Shown here one piece after another: positions 1 to 9,392 of a stretch of 64,000 bases of DNA. A program made the translations under genes and the position numbers. The notes under the pieces are model-generated. The model was not told the DNA's origin and made no database searches. It was given only the letters and a program-made list of their open reading frames with translations. The stretch is from Candidatus Omnitrophota bacterium (GTDB lineage: Bacteria; Omnitrophota; Gorgyraeia; B26-G9). Position 1 is the stretch's first letter. The number at the start of each line of letters is the position of its first letter. The stretch spans positions 391 to 64,390 of the forward strand of contig JAHITY010000099.1 of the NCBI GenBank assembly GCA_018817165.1, written 5' to 3'.

Positions 1-107
1 GCAGATGGTCTTATTCAAGCAGATGGACGGTTGAGGAATGCAAGACGATCACAACGAAATTCCTTAACGAGCATAAGTATTTTAACGGTAGTGTCCGCTG
101 GGGCGGG

Positions 108-512
108 ATGAGCTGGAGCCGTAACGGTGAAAAGACAGGAAGTATTGGCTTTGTGGTTTCTACGGTCGAGGGTGACGAATGTATTCGTTTCCAATACACG
201 CAGATAAACAGGAATACTGGCGAAAAGACCGAGCTTGATTATAAGATAAGGCTTGACTGGACGCCCTGTTATTTCGGGGGTCGACGGTGGTGGTTTATCT
301 GTCCTCTGGTGATCAATGGTCGGGTATGCAGTCGTCGGATAGGGTCGCTTCACTTAGATAATAGTAAATATTTTGGGTGCAGGCGTTGTTATAATCTCAC
401 CTATCAAAGCTCAAAAGAAAGCCATCGGTTTGATCGCCTCTACCGAGATTTAGGAAGAAATGTGGGAATAACCCCAAAACAAGTGAAAGATTCATTAAAA
501 GGAGGTTTTTGA
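108..512 (+). CDS. Hypothetical Cys-rich (zinc-ribbon-like) protein; reading frame is open back to the window edge (position 3), so it may be 5'-partial
   Basis: ORF track; C-P-x9-C ... C-x2-C spacing (WFICPLVINGRVCSRR ... GCRRCYNL); no stop in frame between position 3 and 108; translationally coupled to the next ORF (TGA overlapping ATG at 512-516). Confidence 0.4.
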   Translation: MSWSRNGEKTGSIGFVVSTVEGDECIRFQYTQINRNTGEKTELDYKIRLDWTPCYFGGRRWWFICPLVINGRVCSRRIGSLHLDNSKYFGCRRCYNLTYQSSKESHRFDRLYRDLGRNVGITPKQVKDSLKGGF

Positions 513-513
513 T

Positions 514-1434
514 ATGGCAACGGAGAAACAGATTGAAGCTAATAAAAAGAATGCGTTAATGTCAAAAGGAGCGGTGACAGACGCAGGCAAAGCCATTGTC
601 GCTCATAATGCTGTTAAGCACGGCGTATTTGCTCAAGACTTGATTATTTCAAGCGGTGATGGCAGAGAGAATGAGGATGAATATATTGAATTGCTGTATA
701 ACCTCACAAAAAGCCTTAATCCTTCAGGGCAGATGGAATATTTACTTGTTGAAAAGATCGCCGTTGACTTCTGGCGTTTACGCCGGGTATTACGCTTTGA
801 GACCGGGAGCATTCGCAAATATCTCGATATGGTGATTTATGATTATTACAATAAAGAAGATGGGTTAGGCAATAAAAAAATTAAAACTAATAGCGAGCTT
901 GAAGAAGAAATAAAAGAAAAACAGGAATCTTTAGACTGGAATAACGCATATATTAAAGCCCTAAAGAAAGGTGTTGTTATCTTTGACAATCCCACATGGG
1001 AAAACGAAGTCTTAGAGAGCGATATTGTTGACGATCTTTACGATGTTATTCGGGTGAATAAATACAGTATTTTGCAAGGTGAAGAATTGACCCAGTTTGA
1101 AGAAGGAGAGTTTGAGCATGATCAATTACGCTCGATTTTGAAGCGTGCCGAATATACAGACAAAGACATTGCTGATATTCTTATCATAGAATATCAGAAA
1201 CAAAACGAAGGCTACAAAAAAACTATTCATGACCTTGAACAGAAGAAGCAGAAGAACAGGATTGCTGAGGAAGTCAATATAAAGATTTGCTCTCTCCCCT
1301 CTGGTGATAACGCCGAAAAGGTTATGCGGTATGAGAAGTGTATTCAGAAGTCAATCTTTCAAAACCTTGCTATATTGAAAAAGCTCCAATCCCTGCCGGA
1401 TAACGCCCAGGATCGGGAAGATGAGGTTGATTAA
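514..1434 (+). CDS. Hypothetical acidic, coiled-coil-rich protein
   Basis: 306-aa ORF, E/K/D-rich, no recognisable catalytic motif; start overlaps the stop of the upstream ORF. Confidence 0.35.
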   Translation: MATEKQIEANKKNALMSKGAVTDAGKAIVAHNAVKHGVFAQDLIISSGDGRENEDEYIELLYNLTKSLNPSGQMEYLLVEKIAVDFWRLRRVLRFETGSIRKYLDMVIYDYYNKEDGLGNKKIKTNSELEEEIKEKQESLDWNNAYIKALKKGVVIFDNPTWENEVLESDIVDDLYDVIRVNKYSILQGEELTQFEEGEFEHDQLRSILKRAEYTDKDIADILIIEYQKQNEGYKKTIHDLEQKKQKNRIAEEVNIKICSLPSGDNAEKVMRYEKCIQKSIFQNLAILKKLQSLPDNAQDREDEVD

Positions 1435-1620
1435 ATGGGTTTGTTTTGTTAAAAAATTCAATGATTGACTTGATGGGAGTAGTGAAATACAATGGAATGA
1501 ATGGAATATAGATTAAAATTACCTAACGAGATGTAGAAAAGTAATTAAATTTATAAGATAATAGAAAATTGATTTTTGTTGAAGTTTTGGGATGTTAGGT
1601 ATATAAACATGGTAATATAT

Positions 1621-1710
1621 AGTCCCGAGTTTGAAGGAATAAATCCCGGACGTTAAAAAAGCAAAACCTTCGTTCAGTTTGAATAACTGGTCGAAGGTTT
1701 TTTATTTCGT
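1621..1710 (+). repeat. Intergenic repeat family B: conserved box AGTCCCGAGTT..AAATCCCGGAC..TAAAAAAG followed by a terminator hairpin (AAAACCTTCG...CGAAGGTTTTTT)
   Basis: Near-identical box plus hairpin recurs at 38102-38185, and the hairpin part at 25191-25240. Confidence 0.6.
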
Positions 1711-1786
1711 ATAGATTTCTCTGCGTGAAATTGATATAATGCTATAAATAAGGCAATATGGCTTACCCTATCAATTCACAGGAGTT

Positions 1787-1975
1787 GTGAAATATATGAA
1801 AACAAAGAATAAAAATATGCATAAGACCACGATTGAGCTTACTGAGGAACAGTATTTTTTCTTAAAGGAACGTGCTCTTACTTTACAACGTCAGAGGAAA
1901 AATTACTCCATTATTTCTATAATTAGAAATCTTATCGATGACGACCGAAAGAAATGGGATGCAAAGGGAAAATAA
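1787..1975 (+). CDS. Small ribbon-helix-helix (CopG-like) DNA-binding protein, candidate controller of the adjacent R-M genes
   Basis: 62 aa; N-terminal beta-strand then helix pattern (TTIELTEEQYFFLKERA...); sits 4 bp upstream of the first C5-MTase. Confidence 0.4.
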   Translation: MKYMKTKNKNMHKTTIELTEEQYFFLKERALTLQRQRKNYSIISIIRNLIDDDRKKWDAKGK

Positions 1976-1978
1976 ATA

Positions 1979-3037
1979 ATGGCTAAAAAAACAAGACTCA
2001 ACGTTCTGGACTTATTCTGCGGAGCTGGAGGATTTTCCGAAGGATTCAGGCAGTCGGGATACAACATACTGTCGGGAATTGATAATGATAAAAATACACT
2101 TGATACTTTTGCCAGGAATTTCCCTAAAGCGGTAGCGATCCAAAAAGATTTATCTGAGGATAACTTTTCAGGCATGGATAAGATTATCAATGAGCAGATT
2201 GATGTTATTATTGGTGGCCCTCCATGTCAGGGATTTTCAGTAGCAGGGAAAAGATTGAAAGATGACCCCAGAAATATTTTGTATAAAGCATACTTGAATC
2301 TTATCAAACATTTTAATCCAAAAGCGGTTGTTATTGAGAATGTCCCGACAATTTTAGGGCTTTATGGCGGTGAAATTGGAAGGCAGATTGTCGAGGATCT
2401 CGAACAGCTAAAATATAAAGTTAAAGTTCACAAAGTGATTACTTCAGATTACGGCATCCCTCAAACGAGAAGGAGAGTTTTTTTTGTGGGATTGCATTCT
2501 AAAAAAGATTTTTGTTTCCCGGAGGGGAGATATATTAAATCTCCGGTTACATCGGCAATGGCTATTTCAGATTTGCCGTTGCTGAATGGCTTTCTTGGAG
2601 AGTTACAGCAAGAATATCCTTCAAAACCCAAGAATGAATATCAAGCCTCGATGAGAAAAAAATCCCGATATTTATGGAACCATCAAGCAGTCGAACATAA
2701 GCAAAGAACGATTGATATAGTTAAGATGGTTCCAGATGGTGGAAATTATAAGGACTTGCCGGAGCATTTATGGGCAACAAGAAAAGTGAATATTGCATGG
2801 ACTAGGATGAATAGTGAAAAACCATGCTTTACAATAGATGCTGGGCATAATCACCATTTCCACTACAAAGCCAATAGAGTTCCTACTGTTCGTGAATGCG
2901 CGAGAATTCAATCATTTCCGGATAGATTTATTTTTTATGGAAACAGAACGAGCCAGTACAGACAGGTGGGCAATGCTGTGCCTCCTATGATTGCTAAAAT
3001 TCTAGCAACTTCTCTAAAAAAGGTAATTAGCTTATGA
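1979..3037 (+). CDS. DNA (cytosine-5)-methyltransferase (M1)
   Basis: Motif I FCGAGG, motif IV GGPPCQGFS, motif VI ENV, motif VIII QTRRRVFFVG, C-terminal RECARIQSFPD...YRQVGNAVPP. Confidence 0.92.
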   Translation: MAKKTRLNVLDLFCGAGGFSEGFRQSGYNILSGIDNDKNTLDTFARNFPKAVAIQKDLSEDNFSGMDKIINEQIDVIIGGPPCQGFSVAGKRLKDDPRNILYKAYLNLIKHFNPKAVVIENVPTILGLYGGEIGRQIVEDLEQLKYKVKVHKVITSDYGIPQTRRRVFFVGLHSKKDFCFPEGRYIKSPVTSAMAISDLPLLNGFLGELQQEYPSKPKNEYQASMRKKSRYLWNHQAVEHKQRTIDIVKMVPDGGNYKDLPEHLWATRKVNIAWTRMNSEKPCFTIDAGHNHHFHYKANRVPTVRECARIQSFPDRFIFYGNRTSQYRQVGNAVPPMIAKILATSLKKVISL

Positions 3038-4440
3038 GTATAGTGTTTAATCCCGAAAAACAGTATCGATGTACAATTATCAGAGGTAAAGCTCAAAATG
3101 AGATTGATGACCTCTTGCCTGCGTATGCGAAAGTTATAACTGACATATGCCCATGCGAAAAAAGTATTTTTATTGAACTTTTCGATAAGGCGATAGTTAA
3201 ATATCTTTATTCCCCCACTCAAAAAACTATAGCAAATCATAGAACGGAGATTGCCGGAAAGCTTTTCGGTATGTGGTGGGAAGATGAGAATGGTGTTGTT
3301 TACGCCTCTGAGAGGACAGTAAGATTGATGGAGAGTCAGGATAATCCAGAATTCTTTAAAGATGTAATAACTAAAATGCAATTCCCAAATGGTATGGATA
3401 AAATTCAAACAACTCTTGATAGAATAAAACACTCTATTAATATCAGACCTGTTTCCTATATTCTGAAAGTGTTGCTATTGTCCGAAGAACAGGGATTCGC
3501 ATTAACGAAAGATGAGATCGCTTACTATATTCTGAATAGTTTGGAAGTTCTGCAAGGTAAAGTTTCTCCTGAATTAGCAGTGAGCAAAATTATCGATAGG
3601 AGGAAACGAAAAATATTTAAAAGAGTGGAATATCCAGGCAAACAAGGTTCTTATTGCATGCAACATATTACAGAGCTTCTAAATATTATAGAGTTGGCGA
3701 ACCTTATACGTCATGAGCGCACAAAAAAAGCTATTATTGTAAGGCTGAATAGGAGAGAACTTTCTGTAATTAGCTATTTTGCAGAAAGTGCGATGGATGT
3801 CCCGGATTTCAATGTGTATTCCTATAACCTAGACGATTCCGAACAGCGTAAAAAACTTTCATATGATTGGATTAAGTACTATGCATCTTCTGATGATAAG
3901 GCTTCAATGTTTGCTACTTCAGTAGAAAGTCTTACTAAGGCTGAGGAAAAAGAAGAGCCTTGGCACATACCTGGCCCACTTGGTATTGATACTACTGTTA
4001 TAGGCGAAGAAGGAGAAAGAATTGTTTTTGAACGAGAAAAAGGGAGAGTTCGTTTGTTTAATGAGCGACTTGTAAATAAGGTTATTTATTTTGGTAAACA
4101 GAGAGGCCTTGGTTACGATATTAGTTCTATAAGAGCAGTCCTCGGGCCTTCAGCTGAGCATGCGATATATATTGAAGTGAAAAGTACAAAAAGAGTAACG
4201 AGACCAAGTAATCCATTGAAAGATCAATTTGATTTGACTCGGAATGAATGGGTTGCCGCTGAGCAACATAAAGATAATTACTTTGTGTATAGGGTATATA
4301 TAACTAATGATGGAATTTTTGTATTCATTATGAATGATCCTGTTGCTCTAAGAGATACAGGTGTTATATATGCAGAACCATTAAAATATCATGTTGAATT
4401 TGATGAAAAGGCTGGAAGGTTACAAGAATGGAAAAATTGA
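3034..4440 (+). CDS. Candidate restriction endonuclease with a C-terminal PD-(D/E)xK / DUF3883-like nuclease domain
   Basis: 468-aa ORF lies between two C5-MTases with overlapping starts and stops; C-terminus has GYDISS...IYIEVKST (D...E-x-K) followed by NEW...YFVYRV, a typical DUF3883/PD-(D/E)xK pattern. Confidence 0.55.
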   Translation: MSIVFNPEKQYRCTIIRGKAQNEIDDLLPAYAKVITDICPCEKSIFIELFDKAIVKYLYSPTQKTIANHRTEIAGKLFGMWWEDENGVVYASERTVRLMESQDNPEFFKDVITKMQFPNGMDKIQTTLDRIKHSINIRPVSYILKVLLLSEEQGFALTKDEIAYYILNSLEVLQGKVSPELAVSKIIDRRKRKIFKRVEYPGKQGSYCMQHITELLNIIELANLIRHERTKKAIIVRLNRRELSVISYFAESAMDVPDFNVYSYNLDDSEQRKKLSYDWIKYYASSDDKASMFATSVESLTKAEEKEEPWHIPGPLGIDTTVIGEEGERIVFEREKGRVRLFNERLVNKVIYFGKQRGLGYDISSIRAVLGPSAEHAIYIEVKSTKRVTRPSNPLKDQFDLTRNEWVAAEQHKDNYFVYRVYITNDGIFVFIMNDPVALRDTGVIYAEPLKYHVEFDEKAGRLQEWKN

Positions 4441-5399
4441 AAGCTATTTCACTGTTTTGCGGTTGTGGAGGGGCTGATCTTGGACTTACCGGAGGTTTTA
4501 CCTATTTGGGGAAGTGGTACCCTTCAACCGGAATAAATGTTATTCATTCTTCTGACATTGATGCAAAAGCAGTAAAGACTTATAACTCAAACTTTAAACA
4601 TGAAGCCCATACCGCAGATGTTCACGATCTTGTTTTTAAACGCTATTCTGCTGATATTGTAATGGGTGGATTTCCATGCCAGTCTTTTTCAACCGTTAAT
4701 CCTACCAAGAGGCCGGAAGATAAAAAGAATCAGCTGTTCTGGCAACTGGCCAGAGTTGTTGAACAGGTTTATCCCAAAGTTTTCATAGGTGAAAATGTAA
4801 AAGGGTTTTATACCCTGAAGAATGGGTTTTATTTTCATCTTGCAAAAGAAGAATTTGAACGGATTGGTTACAGGGTGTATCACCGTCTTGTAAACGCAAG
4901 CGATTTTGGAGTACCACAAAAAAGAGAACGTCTTATTATTATTGGTGTTAGGAAATCGGTTAAAAACAATTTTAGTTTTCCGGATCCATCACACGGAAAT
5001 GGTAAATATTCTAAAGCAGTTTTAAAACAGGTTATAGATAGTCTGGAGCCAGAAAATCCAAAATATTATTTTTCAAAAAGAGCTGTAGAAGGGGTAAAAA
5101 AAGCAAAACCCAATATGAAAAGAGCTTTAGCTCAGAATTTAGATGATCAGTGCCTGACTATTACAAGTCATCTTGCGAAGGTCAGTTTGAATTCAAGAGA
5201 TCCTGTTCTGCTTGTTGATAGAGAAAAGGAACTCTATAGGAGATTCACTCCGAGAGAAGCGGCTCGGATTCAATCGTTTCCTGATAATTTTATGTTTGAC
5301 GGAAGCGAAGGAGACGCATACAGGCAAATAGGCAATGCTGTACCTCCGGTTATGATGTGGCATCAGGCACGAGCATTAGTAAGGCAGATTTTTAAGTGA
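4428..5399 (+). CDS. DNA (cytosine-5)-methyltransferase (M2)
   Basis: Motif I LFCGCGG, motif IV GGFPCQSFS, ENV, QKRERLIIIG, C-terminal REAARIQSFPD...YRQIGNAVPP. Confidence 0.92.
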   Translation: MEKLKAISLFCGCGGADLGLTGGFTYLGKWYPSTGINVIHSSDIDAKAVKTYNSNFKHEAHTADVHDLVFKRYSADIVMGGFPCQSFSTVNPTKRPEDKKNQLFWQLARVVEQVYPKVFIGENVKGFYTLKNGFYFHLAKEEFERIGYRVYHRLVNASDFGVPQKRERLIIIGVRKSVKNNFSFPDPSHGNGKYSKAVLKQVIDSLEPENPKYYFSKRAVEGVKKAKPNMKRALAQNLDDQCLTITSHLAKVSLNSRDPVLLVDREKELYRRFTPREAARIQSFPDNFMFDGSEGDAYRQIGNAVPPVMMWHQARALVRQIFK

Positions 5400-5481
5400 C
5401 AGCATGTATGGTAAAGGACAAAAAATACTTAGAAGGCAAGAGTCCGCATAGGGACAAAAAATTTGGAATTTTGCGAAGACT

Positions 5482-5622
5482 ATGTTGCCGGTAAAAGATG
5501 TAAAAAAATATAACTGGGGATTACTTGATTTTGGAGCACTTGTGTGTACTGAAAGAAGCCCGAAATGCAGAGAATGTGTGTTAAGAAGGAAATGTAAATA
5601 CTGGAATAAGAATCGCAGGTAA
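5482..5622 (+). pseudogene. C-terminal remnant of an endonuclease III / MutY-type HhH-GPD DNA glycosylase (FeS-cluster loop only)
   Basis: Hand translation gives ...WGLLDFGALVCTERSPKCRECVLRRKCKYWNKNRR*, i.e. the C-x7-C-x2-C-x5-C [4Fe-4S] loop as in the Nth C-terminus (LILHGRYTCIARKPRCGSCIIEDLC); the frame has a stop 11 codons upstream and no catalytic domain. Confidence 0.55.
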
Positions 5623-5806
5623 AGACCATAGCAAGCAGAAGCTATTCGGTGGGATCATTATTCAGGTAAATGGTGAATGGCGTATCAATCAGCAAGAGTC
5701 TTACGATTGGGAAAAAACTTTGCGTAATGACTGGAGCGATTGGGAGTCCTTAAAGTTATAAAACGAAGAAGGTTTCGAGGAGTCGTATTTTAAGGAGGCA
5801 ATATAA

Positions 5807-6877
5807 ATGAAAATCGTTCTTGATACAAATATTTTACGTCAAGATTTTTTTCTTAAATCCAATAAATTTGAAATGTTAATCGATTTTATTTCTAAAACAG
5901 ATTACCAAGTTGTTTTTCCAGAGGTAGTATATAAAGAGATTGTTGCCCTATACAAAAGAAATCTCTTGGAAAAGCACGCTAATCTTGTCAAGAGCTATAA
6001 TGACTTTAAAAAGGATACGGCTGTTCCAGTTGAGTATAAAATACCAGAATTAGAAATTGATAAACAAGAAAGTGAATTTGTTAATAATATAAAAAATATG
6101 CTCAAGGTTAAAGATGTTGTTCCGTTGAATAATAATCACCTGCCTTATCTTGTAGAAAAAGCCATTAATCGTATCCATCCGTTTACAGAACATAGGTCTG
6201 AATTTAGAGATGCATTAATATGGTTATGTGTCCTTGAGTTAGCAGAATTGGAAAAAGAAAAGACGATATTTTTCATTTCCGCTAATACCAAAGACTTTGC
6301 TGATGGCACAGTTAATTTGCACTCAGAACTCTTGAAAGAATCGAACGCAAAAGGAGTGTCTGTCCAGTATTTCTCATCGGTAGATGCTTTTCTAAAGACT
6401 AAGGCAATAAAGATTGAGTTTATTACTAAAGATTGGATTGAGAGCAACTTAAACCTTAAACAGCTTGAAAATGAAATAGTTTCTAAAATAGAAATGTATG
6501 CTGATCGGTTAGATGAGTTAGCAAAAGATGAAGCCGATAATTTTGAGGAAATATTACAAATTGTTCAATGTGCACAGACTTGGGTGAACGACTTTTATAT
6601 ATATGAGATGTCCGATGGGACGCTTAGGATAGAGGTAACACTTGAGAGCGAGCTTGAGGTTGAATATGCTACGCATGAAGTTAGAAAAGAAAGTTGGGAT
6701 ATGGACTATGTCTTTGATTATTCCACAGGAGACTATGACATGGAACCTGTTTATAAAGAAAAGTTATTAAAAAAAGCTGAATCTAAATGCTTCTGTCCTA
6801 TTGCAGTGATTGAAATTCATGTTATTGTAGAAAATAGTAAAATTAAGTCTGTTGAATTGGTTGACTGTCATATTTGA
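5807..6877 (+). CDS. PIN-like domain protein (DUF4935-type)
   Basis: N-terminus MKIVLDTNIL...VVFPEVVYKEI is typical of PIN / DUF4935; strong AAGGAGG ribosome-binding site at 5795-5801. Confidence 0.5.
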   Translation: MKIVLDTNILRQDFFLKSNKFEMLIDFISKTDYQVVFPEVVYKEIVALYKRNLLEKHANLVKSYNDFKKDTAVPVEYKIPELEIDKQESEFVNNIKNMLKVKDVVPLNNNHLPYLVEKAINRIHPFTEHRSEFRDALIWLCVLELAELEKEKTIFFISANTKDFADGTVNLHSELLKESNAKGVSVQYFSSVDAFLKTKAIKIEFITKDWIESNLNLKQLENEIVSKIEMYADRLDELAKDEADNFEEILQIVQCAQTWVNDFYIYEMSDGTLRIEVTLESELEVEYATHEVRKESWDMDYVFDYSTGDYDMEPVYKEKLLKKAESKCFCPIAVIEIHVIVENSKIKSVELVDCHI

Positions 6878-7277
6878 TACTGCTTAAAACCTTTTGAATA
6901 ATCCTTCCTTGTCCTTCACTTGATAATTTTACAAGTGACCGCAATTTCCGCTCAGTGATATATCGTTTTGGCATGGGATCGCCCATTTTCTCGATTGTTT
7001 CTTTAACTTCTGGGGCAAGTTTTAACAAAGCGATGAAGTGGTTAACAGTTACTCGGGAAACGCCGATTTGTCGGGCAAGGTCAGACTCATTTCGGGCTTG
7101 ACCGGATTCAATCATGAGTTTGTATTGTTTAGCTAAGTATATGGGATTGCGATAATTATGTTGGGGTTTAATTTTTAAAGTAGTTTTTGTCTCAAGAATA
7201 ATCGTAAAGGAAAAAGTTCTACGCTCCAGCCACTTCGGGGAGCCAAATATTACACTGAGCGAACTCTTGGTTAACAC
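6843..7277 (-). CDS. Small ParB/KorB-like HTH protein (N-terminal CTPase/nuclease domain absent); start codon uncertain (track uses GTG)
   Basis: DLARQIGVSRVTVNHFIALLKLAPEVKETI matches the ParB HTH consensus (LAe.lGkSRs.VanlLRLLkLpeevq); paralogous to the minus-strand ORFs at 10130-10447 and 13047-13502. Confidence 0.5.
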   Translation of the reverse strand: MLTKSSLSVIFGSPKWLERRTFSFTIILETKTTLKIKPQHNYRNPIYLAKQYKLMIESGQARNESDLARQIGVSRVTVNHFIALLKLAPEVKETIEKMGDPMPKRYITERKLRSLVKLSSEGQGRIIQKVLSSIKYDSQPIQQT

Positions 7278-7408
7278 CGGGTTCGCTCTTTGTGTTTCTA
7301 TACAAAAAATTTCCTACCCTACAAATATTTCCATTGACATATTGCAAAAGTGTGTTAATTTATACATGTAAGATAAATATCTGAAAATACTCTCAGGAGG
7401 TATCTACG

Positions 7409-8200
7409 ATGAATAAAGATACAATAAGCCGTTTAGGGCCTATTGAGGCACAAATAATAGCGCGATTGACGTATGAAGCAAAAACTATTGTTTCAGCAGA
7501 AGAATTAGATACTCTCTTTAAACTCTCCGCTGTAGACCGCGCCAAGGTTGTTTCGCGGCTCAAGAAGAAAAATAGATTAGTTCCTATTAAGAGAGGACTT
7601 TATATTTTTTCCCCCCTTGAAACAGGTCCTTCAGGAAGGGGTATTGATGAGATGTTGATCCCGCCTTTATATTTACCCAAGAATAATTACTATATCGGGT
7701 ATTCGACAATGTTTAATTATTATGGATTTAGTGAACAGATATTCCAAACACTGTATGTTTTGAACACATCATTCAATAAAAAGAAGATTATTTGTGGTAT
7801 TTCATTTAAGTTTTTGAAGATTCCAGAAAATAGAATGTATGGCATAAAAAAAATAGAAGTAAAGGGGCGCGACATTATGGTCAGCGACAAGGAGAGAACG
7901 CTTATTGATTTATTGTACTTTAATAAACCAGTTGGGGGCATCTCTGTTGCGGCAGAGATTTTTATGGGAATTGTTCAGAAAAAACAATGTGATTTAAAGA
8001 AACTAATCAGCTATGCGAGCAAATTTCCGAATGTAACTATTAGAAAGAGGATAGGAGTTTTATTGGAAACTACGGGCATAAGTGAATTGGATTTAAATCC
8101 TTTGAACAAGTCTATTAAAAATACGGCAATTAGTTCTTTGGGGGAAACACGAAAAGGAAAAATAAATAAGAAATGGAGAGTTATTATTAATGCTTCATAA
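7409..8200 (+). CDS. AbiEi-like antitoxin / transcriptional regulator (type IV TA), copy 1
   Basis: 263 aa, N-terminal wHTH-like region; overlaps the downstream DUF1814 nucleotidyltransferase gene by 11 nt; paralog at 10816-11613. Confidence 0.6.
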   Translation: MNKDTISRLGPIEAQIIARLTYEAKTIVSAEELDTLFKLSAVDRAKVVSRLKKKNRLVPIKRGLYIFSPLETGPSGRGIDEMLIPPLYLPKNNYYIGYSTMFNYYGFSEQIFQTLYVLNTSFNKKKIICGISFKFLKIPENRMYGIKKIEVKGRDIMVSDKERTLIDLLYFNKPVGGISVAAEIFMGIVQKKQCDLKKLISYASKFPNVTIRKRIGVLLETTGISELDLNPLNKSIKNTAISSLGETRKGKINKKWRVIINAS

Positions 8201-9068
8201 AGATAAAGAGAAATTTTCTGACATGATTTACCGGGTTGTAAAACAGACGGGTTTCCCCGCGCAGCTTCTTGAAAAGGATTATTATCTGACGTTGATTCTT
8301 TCCAGGATCAATGATTTGTCCGCAGACCTTATTTTTAAGGGCGGAACGTGTCTGAATAAGGTTTATTATGTCTATTATCGATTAAGCGAAGATTTGGACT
8401 TTAGCATGAAACTGCCCGAATATACAACAACCCGCGGTAATCGGCGTAAATGTATTCAGCAGGTAAAGGATAATATTGAGAAATTCGTTGAACAATTCGG
8501 ATTGAAGGTCGACGATAAGGAAAACCCTGGACGTAATGAATCAAAGCAGTATGTTTATAATTTGTTTTATCAGTCCGCGCTGCGGCCACAGGAGATGAGA
8601 ATTAAATTTGAAATTGGCCTCAGGTTTAATCCGATTCTTGAAACTGAAATAAGGGAAGTTAAACACAAATTTTTGCATCCTTTTACTAAAGAACCATTAT
8701 TTGACGGCGGTAAAGTCAATTGTCTATCGTTAGAAGAGATTGTGAGTGAAAAGCTCCGCGCCGCAGCTCTTAGGTTGACTATTGCTCCTAGAGATTTCTA
8801 TGACCTCGATTTTATTATCCGGCAAGGTTTTAACTTAACCGATAAAAAGGTTCTAAATCTATTGGTTAAAAAGATAGAAGAAGACAACGGCGATCCCGAT
8901 CTGGCAAAGTATAAGATAAACCTCGGGCGTTCAGATAAAGAAATCAAAGACATGAAATCACGGATTGAAAATGAGCTGTTTGATGTATTGACAGTCAGAG
9001 AACGGGAAAACTTTGACTTGGATACGGCGTTGGAGAGGATAAATAGCGTTATGGGGGAAGTTGCATAA
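8190..9068 (+). CDS. AbiEii/AbiGii-family nucleotidyltransferase toxin (DUF1814), copy 1
   Basis: LIFKGGTCLNKVYY...YRLSEDLDFSM is the hallmark GGTaL...R(F/L)SEDiD motif of DUF1814 nucleotidyltransferases. Confidence 0.8.
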   Translation: MLHKDKEKFSDMIYRVVKQTGFPAQLLEKDYYLTLILSRINDLSADLIFKGGTCLNKVYYVYYRLSEDLDFSMKLPEYTTTRGNRRKCIQQVKDNIEKFVEQFGLKVDDKENPGRNESKQYVYNLFYQSALRPQEMRIKFEIGLRFNPILETEIREVKHKFLHPFTKEPLFDGGKVNCLSLEEIVSEKLRAAALRLTIAPRDFYDLDFIIRQGFNLTDKKVLNLLVKKIEEDNGDPDLAKYKINLGRSDKEIKDMKSRIENELFDVLTVRERENFDLDTALERINSVMGEVA

Positions 9069-9392
9069 ATTTAAAAAATTAATGGTGGCAGTATGACAGG
9101 ATGTCTAGAAAAAAACTAAAATGTCCCTAATGATGTAAGAAATATATTTTGGCAAGTATATTAGAGATTAAAATATGTGTGATTTGAATAAGTTAGACAA
9201 GATCATTCCCGCAATAAAAAGGGGGAAATGTGTATTTTGGATTGGTTCTGGATTATCTTGTATGATAACAAATTTAAAAACATGGCTAATGAAATATGTA
9301 ATATTTATGAAAAAAACAACGTTCACTTTTTAAGGGCTTTATGGGAAGAGTGGAATAATAAAAAAGAAAAGGAAATTAGTTAAATAATAGTT

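Noticed and set aside
9175-9333. 52-codon ORF (MCDLNKLDKIIPAIKRGKCVFWIGSGLS...) whose GSGLS segment faintly resembles the SIR2-family GAGIS Rossmann motif, possibly a SIR2 defense-gene remnant
   Set aside because: Too short, no ribosome-binding site, and the similarity is only a 5-residue glycine-rich pattern. It cannot be told apart from chance without a profile search.
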